64,000 nucleotides of DNA from Octopus vulgaris (taxonomy: Eukaryota). Under the pieces are notes generated by a model. The model was not told where the DNA came from. It saw only the letters and a program-made list of their open reading frames with translations, and ran no database searches. The translations under genes and the position numbers were made by a program. The stretch is from contig OX597820.1 in assembly GCA_951406725.2 (NCBI GenBank), positions 8,804,001 to 8,868,000 of the forward strand, read 5' to 3'. This document shows positions 13,132 to 25,204 of this stretch, piece after piece (within the stretch, counting starts at the first letter, position 1; each line of letters begins with the position of its first letter).

Positions 13132-13540
13132 GGCGCAGGAGTGACTGTGTGGTAAGTAGCTTGCTAACCAGCCACATGGTTCCGGGTTCAGTCCCACTGC
13201 GTGGCACCTTGGGCAAGTGTCTTCTACTATGGCCTCGGGTCGACCAAAGCCTTCTGAGTGGATTTGATAGACGGAAACTGAAAGAAGCCCGTCGTATATA
13301 TGTATATATATTTATGTATGTGTGTGTATGTTTCTGTGTCTGTGTTTGTCCCCCTAGCATTGCTTGACAACCGATGCTGGTGTGTTTACATCCCCGTCAT
13401 TTAGCGGTTCGGCAAAAGAGACCGATAGAATAAGTACTGGGCTTACAAAGAATAAGTCCCAGGGTCGATTTGCTCGACTAAAGGCGGTGCTCCAGCATGG
13501 CCGCAGTCAAGTGACTGAAACAAGTAAAAGAGTAAGAGTA
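13132..13540 (+). mobile_element. tRNA-derived SINE, family B (CORE-like), full length
   Basis: A box (tggtaag) and B box (ggttcagtccc), then ggcaccttgggcaagtg and an aagag tail. Other copies at 46286-46660 (+) and 61600-62030 (-), with fragments at 980-1120, 1378-1445, 22255-22500 and 45120-45260. Confidence 0.85.
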
Positions 13541-13551
13541 TATATACTCAC

Positions 13552-13710
13552 CCAAGTAAGTACTCGAGGTGGGTGGTGGTGTCTTCTGTTGGATTTTCAC
13601 ACATCATCAAGAAAGATGCCTTTTGGTAGGTGTATGTGGCCTTACTCCAGCGACTCTCCCTGCAGAGTCGTTCAGCATATTTCATGGCAATCAGCCAGTC
13701 ATTCTTGTAG
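13552..13710 (-). CDS. TTC39B: TTC39B-like exon 12 (YKNDWLIAMKYAERLCRESRWSKATYTYQKASFLMMCENPTEDTTTHLEYLL-G)
   Basis: LCxESxWSKATY motif, tccag acceptor, gtgagt donor. Confidence 0.96.
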
Positions 13711-14269
13711 CTGGACACAGCAATAGGAGAAATGAAATAAGAATATATACACGTGAGAGTGGTTTTGGGCCTCATATATACATGCAACATAGAAGATGTG
13801 TATGATAAAAGATGTGTAACGTGATAGAGTGTAACATAACAGATGTGTTAGCACATGTCTGATAGATATATTTAGAGTCAGATATGTAATACAATAAATG
13901 CGTTATGCAATAGGTGTTACATATTAGATGTGTAATACAACATATGTATAACATGATGCATATGTAACTCAACAGATAAGTAACGTGACAAATCATCATC
14001 ATCATCATCATCGTTTAACGTCTGCTTTCCATGCTGGCATGGGTTGGACGGTTCAACTGGGGTCTGGGAAGCCAGAAGGCTGCGCCAGGCCCAGTCTGAT
14101 CTGGCAGTGTTTCTACGGCTGGATGCCCTTCCTAACGCCAACCACTCTGTGAGAGTAGTGGGGTGCTTTTTATGTGCCACCCGCACAGGTGCCAGACGGG
14201 GCTGGCAAACGGCCACGGACGGATGGTGCTTTTTACGTGCCAGCATAACATAATAGATTTGTGAAAGAC

Positions 14270-14625
14270 GTGTAACAATAAATGTTGGTTTGAACATGGG
14301 ATGCGTATGAATGAAGACAGCTGTATGAAGAAGTTCCTGTCACTGAGGACATGTGAAGGCTTGGAAAAAATGAAGCTAGTATGCTTCGCTGGATGTGTAA
14401 TGCCAGTGGGCATGCCTGACAGAGTGTAAGCATCTTGAGAGAAAAATTGTGCATAAGAGACATCAGATGTGGTGTGCAAGAGAGACGACTGCACTGTTAT
14501 AGTCAGGTGATGTGTATGGATAAGGACAGCTGCATAAAGAAGTGCCGATCTCTAACCATGGAGGGAACCTGTGGAAGAGGTAGACCCAGGAAGACGTGGG
14601 ACAATGTGGTGAAGCACGACCTTCA
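14270..14625 (+). mobile_element. RTE LINE 3' fragment
   Basis: LREKLCIRDIRCGVQERRL...GRGRPRKTW. Confidence 0.8.
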
Positions 14626-14887
14626 AAAGTTGATAACAAAAGTCTCACAAAGTGATAACAAGTGATTGAGACCTTTGGCGGTTCGCTTGAGAAAATTCGT
14701 TAAGTGAAAATTGTAGTCATGGCAGGTGTCAGTGACACATAAAAGCAGCCATGCTGGTGACACATTAAAGGCACCTGCTACACTCTTGGAATGGTTGGTG
14801 TTAGAAAGGGCATCCAGCCATAGAAACGAAACCAAAATTGGACTGGCACCTAGAAACAGCTCTCCAGCTTACGAGTTCCAGTGAAAC

Positions 14888-15120
14888 CTATTTCTTTATT
14901 ACCCACAAGGGGCTGAACACAGAGGGGACAAACAAGGACAGACATAGGTATTAAGTCGATTACATCGACCCCAGTGTGGAACTGGTACTTAATTTATCGA
15001 CCCTGAAAGGATAAAAGACAAAGTCAACCTCGGTGGAATTTGAACTCACAACGTAATGGCAGACGAAATACCGCTAAGCATTTCGCCCGGCGTGCTAACG
15101 TTTCTGCCAGTTCGCTGCCT
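14888..15120 (-). mobile_element. tRNA-derived SINE, family A
   Basis: Matches 42360-42588. Confidence 0.85.
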
Positions 15121-15325
15121 TCGAAACCAACTAACCCATGCCAGCATGGAAAGCAGATGCTAAATGATGATGCTGATGAGGATGATGATGTTGATGATAT
15201 GTATATACCAAATGTGTAACACAACAGACATGTAACTCAGTCAGTATGTTACATAATAGTTGTGTTAGGTAGTGTGTAAAATATTCTGTAACAATGTCTT
15301 TGTGGCAGAACATATTGAGAAGTTA

Positions 15326-15484
<159 letters not shown>

Positions 15485-15647
15485 TTATTGAAACATTTCT
15501 AATACTTCTCCACGCATATAGTCACACACATTTACATACACACATATATATACATACACATTTATACATACACATGCATATCCCATAGAACAATAGACAC
15601 AAAGATATGCCATGACAAAAAGGATCTAAATAAAATGGTCCACCAAC

Positions 15648-15707
15648 CTCATCAATGTTGGCCCTTACAACCTCCACACGACCAGAGAAAAATAGGAACA
15701 AGGCTCC
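15648..15707 (-). CDS. TTC39B: TTC39B-like exon 10 (GALFLFFSGRVEVVRANIDE)
   Basis: tttcag acceptor, gttggt donor, 60 nt phase 0. Matches the family GxxxLFxxxR motif. Confidence 0.92.
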
Positions 15708-16057
15708 CTGAAAATAAAGAATGAAAACAAAACATAGAATACAGAAAAACTGCCAACAGAAAACTTTTTGTCCACTACCAATCAACCTCACCCACCCGAG
15801 CCAAAGTCGAGTTTCCGATGAATGGACTAAGGTCAATAGTACAGTGGTTTACAATATGGAGTGTCATAAAACGAGACTGTAATTAAGAGTGTGGTATTCA
15901 GTGATGGAGTGGACACCTAATTGGGCTGTGGTCAATGATGAAATGGTCACCTAACTGGAGGAAGGTCAGTGGTGTGGTGGTGGTGGTGGTGGTGGTGGTG
16001 GTGGTGGAGATTAGTGAAATCTCTCAAAGGAAGACAAAACAAAATGATAATAGTTAC

Positions 16058-16125
16058 CTTCGGATATGTTTTAATACAAGGCTTCAGCACTTTAGCTGCA
16101 TAATCCACATCACCATCACCTAAAC
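16058..16125 (-). CDS. TTC39B: TTC39B-like exon 9 (LGDGDVDYAAKVLKPCIKTYPK)
   Basis: tttag acceptor, with a second in-frame tttag 6 nt downstream. gtaact donor; phase fits. Confidence 0.9.
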
Positions 16126-16350
16126 CTAAACAAGACAATGTGAAATAATAAGAACATCAGCAACAACAATGACGGCTTCAAATTTTAGTACAAGGCCAGC
16201 AATTTTAGGGAGACGGGGATTGATCGATTACATCGAACCCACAAAGGTTAAAAGGCAGAGTTGACCTCAGTTGCATTTGAACTCAAAGCATAAAGAACCA
16301 AAAGAAATGCCACAAAACAATGTGCCAAGGATTCTGTCAGTTCACTGCCT

Positions 16351-16381
<31 letters not shown>

Positions 16382-16714
16382 TATTAACGTCCGTTTTCCA
16401 TGCTAGCATGGGTTGGGTGGTTTCACTCAAAGCTGGTAAGCCGGAGAGCTGCTCCAGGTTCTGATCTGATTTAGTAAGGTTTCTACAACTAGATGCCCTT
16501 TCTAACACCAGCCACTCCAAGAGTGTAATGAGTGTTTTGTCCATGGCTGCTACTGACCTGATACTCAAATTGGCCACGACTACAGTCTCACTTGGCTTGA
16601 CAGGTCTACACAAGCATGGAATATTGCCAAAGGACTCGGTCACCCGTCACTACCTCCATCAGGCCCAGTGTTGCATAACTGCATTTTACATACTTTTTGA
16701 ATGCTTTTTACATG

Positions 16715-16830
16715 CCACTGGCATGGGTACCAGGTAGACAGCACTGGCATGGGTGCCAGGTAGACAGCACTGGCATGGGTGCCAGGTAGACAGCACTGGC
16801 ATGGGTGCCAGGTAGACAGCACTGGCATTG
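16715..16830. repeat. 26-bp minisatellite, about 4.3 copies
   Basis: Unit gcactggcatgggtgccaggtagaca. Confidence 0.9.
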
Positions 16831-16934
16831 GCCACAACTATAATTTCACAAACACAGCATATTGACCAACAAGTGATATGCTGTATTTAACAGGCCAGCT
16901 ATGTGACACTGGCATTGGCCGCGACTACAATCTC

Positions 16935-17255
16935 ACTTGGCTTCACGTGTCTTCTTGAGCCCAGCATATTGCCAAAGGTCTCGGTTACTTATCATTGCAT
17001 CTGTGAGGCCCAACAATCGAAGATCATGCTTCACCACCTTGACCCATGTCTTCCTGGGTCTACCTCTTCCACAGGTCCCCTCCACTGTTAGAGTGTGACA
17101 CTTCTTTACACAGCTGTCCTCATCCATTCACATTATATAACCATACCAGTACAGTCGACTCTCTTGCAGACCACATCTGATGCCTCTTATGCCCAACTTT
17201 TCTCTCAGGATGCTTACACTCTGTCGTGCATGTACACTGACATTAAACATCCAGT
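16935..17255 (-). mobile_element. RTE LINE 3' fragment
   Basis: EGTCGRGRPRKTW...DLRLLGLT. Confidence 0.8.
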
Positions 17256-18849
17256 GTCACATAACTGGCCTTTCATCTGTAAATATTCATAATTGTAAAT
17301 CAATTCTAATTTACTGTAGGAATAACTAAGTCAACCAATCAGTAAACATTTCTATATTAAACTCACTTCCCTTCAAATATTTATAGCAGGTTGTAATTTA
17401 TCAAATCCTAAAGGTAAACATTAAGGTCAAAGCATCAAAAGCCATATCTAAATGCCACAAAGCATTTTATTCAATGCTATTCATTCCCTTTCACAAGACC
17501 AGATTTTGTGTGGCGGGTTGGGTAGCTCATTGCATTTCTCTTTCCTATTGCTTCAACAGAGAAGGAAGTGCAGTAGACACAACCCTTTTCTGAGCCTTGA
17601 AGACTAACGAGAAGATACTATCTTTAGACTAGGGATCTTGGTCCGAATGCTTACAACAGAGAGAAACTCACTACAAGTGCCTGACGATCAGGCAATGAAG
17701 TTAAACCAGACAACAGAATACTTCATCATCATCATCATCATCATCATCATTTAACGTCCGTTTTCCAAGCTAGGCATGGGTTGGACGGTTCAACTGGGGT
17801 CTGGGATGCCAGGAGGCTGCACCAGGCCCAGTCTGATCTGGCAGTGTTTCTACAGCTGGATGCCCTTCCTAACACCAACCACTCTGTGAGTGTAGTGGAT
17901 GCTTTTTACGTGCCACCAGCACAGGTGCCAGGTGAGGCTGGCAACGGCCATGATCGGTTGGTGATTTTTATGTGCCACCGGCACGGAAGCCAGTCAAGGC
18001 GGCACTGGCATCGGCCACGTACAGATGGTGCTTTTTACGTGCGACCGGCATAGGTGCCACAATAGGCTGGCAATGGCCACGAACGGTTGGTGCTTTTTAC
18101 GTGCCACCAGCAGTGGACGATAATGTACTTAATGTAGCAAACCAAGAAATACCAATTAATTAAATTAAAAATTTCTCCCATAGTGAGGAGAAAAGAAAAT
18201 ATATTATGTTAATTAATTCTGATTAAAAAAGAAAGGGAAACAATTCTGGAATTTAAGTCGATGAAACGGCAAAGCTGACACTTAGAGCAGCATCCAGCAG
18301 CGTGTCTGTGATTAATATTTAACAATGTCACTGAGAGGAGCATCTGCTCTTCTGAACCAGTCAGCTATTAAAGCCTTTCCACACAGCAAACATTAAAAAT
18401 TTTCTATCAACCATTAACACTGTTTCGCTTTGATCCCACAACCAACACATTTTACCCAGCTCTTCTTCTGGAATAACCTCTTTACCCACCTGCCTCAGTC
18501 TACCCTTTGACTAATTTGCATAATACATACGAGGCCAGCAATTGCAAAGGGAGAGGAGATTCGATTATATCAACTCAAGTACTTCACTGGTACTTTATTC
18601 TTTCAAACCTGAAAGGCAAAGTCAGACTCAATGGGAATTGAACTCAGAACAGAAAGAAGCAGAAGAAACACTGCTAAACATCTTGTCTGGTGCGCTGACG
18701 ATTCTTACACTACACTGCATCATCATCATCATCATGACGATGACGGCGGCGACGACAGTGGTGGTGGTGGTGGTGATGATGACAAATATGTGGCCCATAG
18801 CAAATAAGTTGATGCTGACCAAAAGCACACCCATCAGTGGTTACAGAGC

Positions 18850-19980
18850 TCAGTGTTAAAGGCAGAGTGATGGCTTCACCTTAGCTGCTCAAGATCAAAG
18901 CTTATTGACCCTGAACCCCCGAACCAATGTGAAGCAAAATAGAGAAGATCCAAAGAGCCGATTCTGCAATATTTAGATTGAAACTGTGGACCACTTAATC
19001 TCTGGATGTAAAGTATTAGCACAAATAGAGTATAAATCCACACCCGACAGAGTTGGACAATATGTTGGCATTATAAAATCAAAACTGTTGACAAGTGGTT
19101 TTAGCATCATCCTGAGACTGGGGTGGGGGGAGAGAAAACATAATGGTTCATTGGGACTTTTCGGAAAATACAAATAGAACCATCAAAGCTAATATACTGG
19201 ACATTGTGGTAAGAGACCAACATAATGAAGTCTGTTTATTGATTGACATAATTCGAAGACCTGACAAATGAAGTGAGTTTGTGGCTCGCAGGATAGCCTG
19301 CAGTGCTAACTTTGGATCATAGAGTAACCCGCTGTTCTTGAGGAGACCTATTGAGTCAAGTACGTCAACATCAAAATAAAAATTCAAATGGAAATTGTAA
19401 TTAAGACACCCGTGACGGTGACATGTTAAAAACTACGTCCGAATGTGGCAGATGCCAGCACCGCCTGACTGGCGTCTGTGTCGGTGGCGCGTAAAAGTGC
19501 CAACCGATCGTGGCCGTTTGCCAGCCTGCTCTGGCCCCTGTGCCGGTGTCATGTAAAAAGCACCCACTACACTCACAGAGTGGTTGGCATTAGGAAGGGC
19601 ATCCAGCTGTAGAAACACTGCCAGATCAGACTGGAGCCTGGTGCAGCTTCCATGGCTTACCAGACCCCGGTCGAACCGTCCAACCCGTGCTAGCATGGAT
19701 AACGGACATTAAATGATGATGATGAAGCATCTCTCATGATTCATAATATTTTGATAAAAGAATTTGACAAACTCAGAAGATATAAAGATTTTCACATTGA
19801 AATCAAAAAGAATGCAGCACCTGAAGGCAGTTACAATGAATGTAGGAACCCTAGAAATGACGAAAAGGGGAAGTGAAAATCATTTGAGAATTATCTTTGG
19901 CTTACCCTGCAAGCAAGACGAGCAAGCGATTGTTTTAACTGGTATGTCACAATGTACAGAGAAGAGTATTGTTGCTGTGA
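18850..19980 (+). mobile_element. R4/Dong-like non-LTR element C-terminal remnant (zinc knuckle plus restriction-like endonuclease), split by a SINE
   Basis: AAQDQ, C...ETVDHLISGCKVLA..EY, WDF...TIKAN..DIV motifs, with many lesions. Confidence 0.6.
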
Positions 19981-20437
19981 GAATTTACCTTCCAGGTGAA
20001 TAGTCATTTCCTAAATAACTTTATTTGATTTTGTAAATGAAACAACCTGGTGTGCATTTGTTTTAATGACATATCAATGTACACTGAGTTTCTTTGCTGG
20101 ATGATGATGATATTCGATGATGATGATATTTGGGCGAGGTCATTGCCAGTACCGCCCGACTGGCCGCCGTGCCGGTGGCACGTAAAAAGCACCCACTACA
20201 CTCTCGGAGTGGTTGGCGTTAGGAAGGGCATCCAGCTGTAGAAACACTGCCAGATCAGACTGGAGCCTGGTGCAGCCATCTGGTTCGCCAGACCTCAGTC
20301 TAATCGTCCAACCCATGCTAGCATGGAAAGCAGACATTAAACAATGATGATGATGATGATGATGATGATGAAGAAGGTATTGGCAAAACACTCAGCAAAA
20401 AATGGAAATAAAATTGAAGTAAGAAGAAAAACTCATA

Positions 20438-20472
<35 letters not shown>

Positions 20473-20508
20473 AGAGAGAAGAGTGATGTGATTGTTGTTG
20501 TTACTTAC

Positions 20509-20620
20509 CTAAAACAAAACTGACCACGGTATGGTAGGCCACTAAGATGATTGAACAGAGTGGACCTCTCAGACTGGTATGAAGTTGGCTTCCTTTGTCC
20601 AGCTCAATTAATCCTTCATT
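20509..20620 (-). CDS. TTC39B: TTC39B-like exon 8 (NEGLIELDKGSQLHTSLRGPLCSIILVAYHTVVSFVL-G)
   Basis: aacag acceptor, gtaagt donor. SLRxxLCxxxLxxYHT motif. Confidence 0.93.
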
Positions 20621-20882
20621 CTGTTAAGATTTCAATATGAAAGATTATGATTACTTCATCGTGTGTCATTCCATCATAATAACAAGAACAACAAGAGGAA
20701 GAAGAACAGGTGAAGGTGGTGGTGGTGGTGGGAGCAAAGTCAGTGAAAAGAAGAAAGGAAGGAAGAAAGAAAGAAAGAAAAAGCTGAGGAACACACCACT
20801 AAGCTAACAAACATTCTACATTTGAATATTGGAGTTCCCTGTTGTTTTTTTTCTTCTTATCTGTATCAAGGAAGGGAACAAT

Positions 20883-21117
20883 ACCTATTTCTTTACTACC
20901 CACAAGGGGCCAAACACAGAGTGGACAAACAAGGATAGACAAACGGATTAAGTCAATTACATTGACCCCAGTGTGCAACTGGTACTTAATTTATTGAATC
21001 CGACAGGATGAAAGGCAAAGTCGACCTCGGCGGAATTTGAACTCAGAACGTAACAGCAGACGAAATATGGCTACGCATTTCACCCGGCGTGCTAACGATT
21101 CAGCCAGCTCGCCGCCT
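20883..21117 (-). mobile_element. tRNA-derived SINE, family A
   Basis: Matches 42360-42588. Confidence 0.85.
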
Positions 21118-21650
21118 GGAACAATACCTACCCATAGCCTAATCAACCAGTCTTAGAATGGGATAAATGATCAGTTTGACTGAATACAGGATGGTGGCTG
21201 GAAGGAGAACACAAATCTGGGCTGAGGAGGAAGTTTCAAAAGTGATGCATTGTGGGTGAAAAGGATTGGGTTTAGGGTTTCATGACTACAAGTTCTGGTG
21301 CAGACGCTGACCTGTAGGTATTTTTTGTTTTCTTCGTGTAAACTTTCATCAGCTGGCAGAGTTGTAGGCTGTGAGCTGTCCTGTACAAATACATCCCATA
21401 TGATTACAAATGAGAACTGCTTTTAATTGCTCTGTAAAATATGTCCCACATAATTACAGATATGAATGAACCTTAATAGTCCTATATAAAAACAGATGGA
21501 AAAGTTGATTTGCTACATTTGTATATATAAGGTTGTAAACTAACATTTTAAAAATTATTCAAATTACAACTGCAATGATGAGACAAAATGTTGAAACATG
21601 TCTAGTTGTCACAGATCACAATCACTCCTAACTGCTTGCCCATGTTCTAA

Positions 21651-22018
21651 TCTCTCTCTATATACACGGCAAAATGTCTATCTGTGTGTGTGTCCTTTAT
21701 ACAAATCCACAATTTTTTGGTTAGAGGGCTTGCACTTTCTATGGTCATTCAAAACCGTCCAAGGGTGGTCGTGCACATCTTTACATTTCCCCAGTCACCC
21801 AACAAAGCCATTAAAAAATCAATAGAAGTGACTTTTTTGTGAATTTTCTATCCAAAACCCAATCAAAATGCCCGAAACTTGATTGGCCAATTGAATGCCA
21901 GCTAGCTGCATGTGATTGGTCAGAGATTTGGACAGTACTCGCGTGTATGTACGCATGCACGCAGCTGTATATGCATGCACTAGCACTATGACCCGGCGTT
22001 GCCGGGTCATAGTGCTAG
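21651..22018 (+). mobile_element. Non-autonomous Helitron, family H1
   Basis: A|TC...ctagcactatgacccggcgttgccgggtcatagtgCTAG|T, matching 3386-3756. Confidence 0.8.
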
Positions 22019-22374
22019 TTTTTAATTAAATTTATTCAATTTCACTATAAAGATCATCACCCCAGTTTTTTTTTTTGCCAGAATTAATCATTATGCTAAT
22101 GATACCTTGTTATTTTGAATGTAATTTTAATTAAAATTTCTTGGTTCATTGCATTAACCATGTTAAGAATGACTTCAGTATTTTTTTGAATAACCAAGAA
22201 GTAACAAGCATTCTTAAGATCATAAGGACAGGTAGTTTATATTGGGGCAGGTGAGGGTAGCTGCAGGTGTAGCTGGGTTTCTGGTTCACTCCCACTGCAT
22301 AGCACCTTGGGCGGTCGTCTTTTACAGCAAAATCCTTGTGAGTGGATTTGCTAGATGGAAACTGAAAGAAGCTC

Positions 22375-22420
<46 letters not shown>

Positions 22421-22912
22421 CATGCGTGTGTGTGTGTGTACATTTGTGTCTTCTGGTTTTGACATCATGTGACAGGTGTAAAGGAATGTCCCTGTCATAC
22501 AAGCAGTGTTATTTATCTTTGCTTAACCGTTAGAACATGTCTGGCAATAGAGAAACATTAACTTGTTTGGAAACAGGTGAGTGTTGGTAATATGAAGGGC
22601 AGCTGACCATAGAGAGTCTGCCCCAGGTTTACTTCATCCAACCTACCAAATATGGGAAATGGACATCAATATCATATTGATGATTGGCTGATAATTATCA
22701 GAGAACTGCAATCTAATTTTACTGCAATTTCAAATCAGTAAAATTAGATTACATTTTTCAAGCCTTCTATATAAACAGGAACAGTATTGGGTGAAGAGGG
22801 GAGCCTTACTGAAGTTTAGGGGTCACTGAAACAATCACCAATAGAAGCATAATGTTTCCAATTTTGCAAATGGCTTTGAGCCACATTACGTTTACCTTTT
22901 GCACAGTGTATA

Positions 22913-22966
<54 letters not shown>

Positions 22967-22994
22967 CAAAATAAGCAACAAGAATGACTCTGGT

Positions 22995-23085
22995 AATTTG
23001 GTACGATCGTTTCGTACTACATCATTTTATTAAATGTTGTAAGTATTACAACAGTTTTAAAATGCTGAGCACTCATCAGCCAATT
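22995..23085 (-). ncRNA. Hammerhead ribozyme-like motif (type I, intact core)
   Basis: Minus strand reads ttgg CUGAUGA GUGCU...AGUAC GAAAC GAUC GUA ccaa. All core nucleotides are present: stem I ttgg/ccaa, stem II 5 bp plus extension, palindromic stem III AC-GAUC-GU. Confidence 0.7.
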
Positions 23086-23454
23086 ATAGAGGTTTTCCAT
23101 TAATACAAAATTTTTCATATCAAGTGGCAACATTATAGAGAAGGTAGATATATAGACAAAGATGTGGATTTAAATTTTAAGAACATTTGAGGTAGTATCG
23201 CCCATCAACTGACTGACTAAGATTCAGTTGCTATTTTTGCTGAACTTATATATATATATATATAAGAAAATGGGGAAACAAATTTAGTTTGTTCATCAAC
23301 TTTCGGATATTATAATGTTGGATTATTTATTCATTTAACAAAATGAGAACATCAATAGCATACATATATATCTTATAATTCAATGTATATAAAATATAAG
23401 AGAAGAATACAAATTATAAAAGTCATAATATGAATTAATGAAATCATGAAAATC

Positions 23455-23590
23455 ACTTCTTACAGCTGTTTCAGCCTATGGCCAAAAGTAGATGATTTTA
23501 TTTTCATTGCCTATATGTGTCAACATACTGAGGTTGTAGGCATTTAAAAATAGGGTCCTTATATATATAACCATAGGCCTCGTCAGAGGT
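23455..23590 (-). ncRNA. Hammerhead ribozyme-like motif (core intact, weak stem I)
   Basis: Minus strand reads CUGACGA GGCCUAUGG...CCAUAGGCU GAAAC AGCU GUA, with a 9-bp stem II and palindromic stem III. Confidence 0.6.
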
Positions 23591-25080
23591 TATAAGGAAC
23601 TTTAAAATATTATGCTATCCCATAGTGGGTTACACCCATAATCCCTATCTTACTTTGTACTATATATATATATAAAATCATGGACTCTCCCATCATTAGA
23701 CAACATATGAGGGTTTGGCAAGAGATTGCTGAACAACCATACAAATGATTTGTTTATAGTGATCAAATGTTTGCGTACACAGAAGCTCACTCCTTCCATC
23801 AAATCGACATTACCTGTACAGGTGCGCTGTGTGCCACATGTTGGATGATGAAATGATGGCAGAACAACATGAAAATGAAGTGTTTTGCACAAGAACACAA
23901 TGCGATTATCGGCCTGGGAATCAAACCCACATGTGCTTGTAGTCGTGAGTGCAAATACCCCAACCAAATAAACCATGTGTCTTCACACACACACACATAC
24001 ACACACACACACATACACACACACACACACATACACACACACACGCACACACATCGAAATCATCATCATCATTATCATAATCATCATCAGCATTTAATGC
24101 CTGTTTCCATTGCTGGATTGTCTGGCAGGAGTTGGTAGCTGAGAGAACTGCACCAGGTTCCATTTGTCTGCTTTGGCATGACTTCTACAGTTGGATGCCC
24201 TTCCTAATGCCAACCACTTGCCATGTGTACTGGGTGACCTTTTTATCAACACAAGTGCTCTTTATGTGAAGCCAGTATGGGTGCTTTTTATGTGGCACCA
24301 ACATGGGTGCTTTTTATGTGGCGCTGGGACCCACAGGGTCACCAAGTAGTTAGCAAGACAAAGACGTCTCAGCTGATAGAGGGGGTGGAACCCAGAGAAG
24401 TAACCATGTGCAAGGTGAGAGATTGGGGTATAATAAAGGGGCAGGGAAGAGTTATTTTACTACAGAGAAGATACCTGGTTATCCCAATAGGACAAGGAAG
24501 CATAGGGAAGTGGGAGAGAGAGAGAGAGAGAGTAACAGTCAGAGTAAGAAAAACAGGGAACAGTCAGAGGGGAGTGTAATTAGCACAGGGAGCATAAAAG
24601 CGATGTAAGGGGAGATATCTAGAGAGAGGGAACTGGACGGGCCTGTAGTGGGTGATGGGGGTTTTAGAGAGATGGTTGTGGGTGAGTTTTGTGAGCTTTG
24701 TCAGAGAACAGAATTATGTGTGTGTGAAGGGTCAGGCATGGGGATGGCCAAAAAGGACATGCTGGTACGAATGAATGACCATGATTTTACTTAGCTCAAT
24801 GTGTCTTCCCAAGCACAGTAAATCACCAGAGATCTTGGTCTCTTGTAATTTCTTGTCTGTGATCTTCATTTCTAATCTTCTGTGAAAACAAGTCCAGTCA
24901 TGGGGGAATGTAACCTTGGAAACAAGTGAGGGTTGGCAACAGGAAGGGCATCCAGCTGTAGATTAATTATGTCAATTAATTATGTCTAACCCATGCAAGC
25001 ATGGAAAAGTGGACGCTAGGACAATGATGATGAAGATAATGATGATGATGAAAATAAGAGAAATGACCTTTATATATTAC

Positions 25081-25146
25081 CTTGTAGCCAGTGAATCCAA
25101 CAAACTCAAGCAAACGTAAAATCTTCCCTGGTAACATGGATATCAT
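25081..25146 (-). CDS. TTC39B: TTC39B-like exon 7 (MISMLPGKILRLLEFVGFTGYK)
   Basis: SxLPxxIxRLLEFxGFxG motif, ccag acceptor, gtaata donor. Confidence 0.96.
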
Positions 25147-25204
25147 CTGGAAATAGAGAGAAAAACAGGGATAACTCCCATACAGATTGAATACAGCTAT
25201 TGTT

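Noticed and set aside
16715-16830. Short palindromic direct repeats superficially like a CRISPR array (also 8041-8227)
   Set aside because: Units are contiguous with no unique spacers, there are no cas genes, and the context is a eukaryotic intron.
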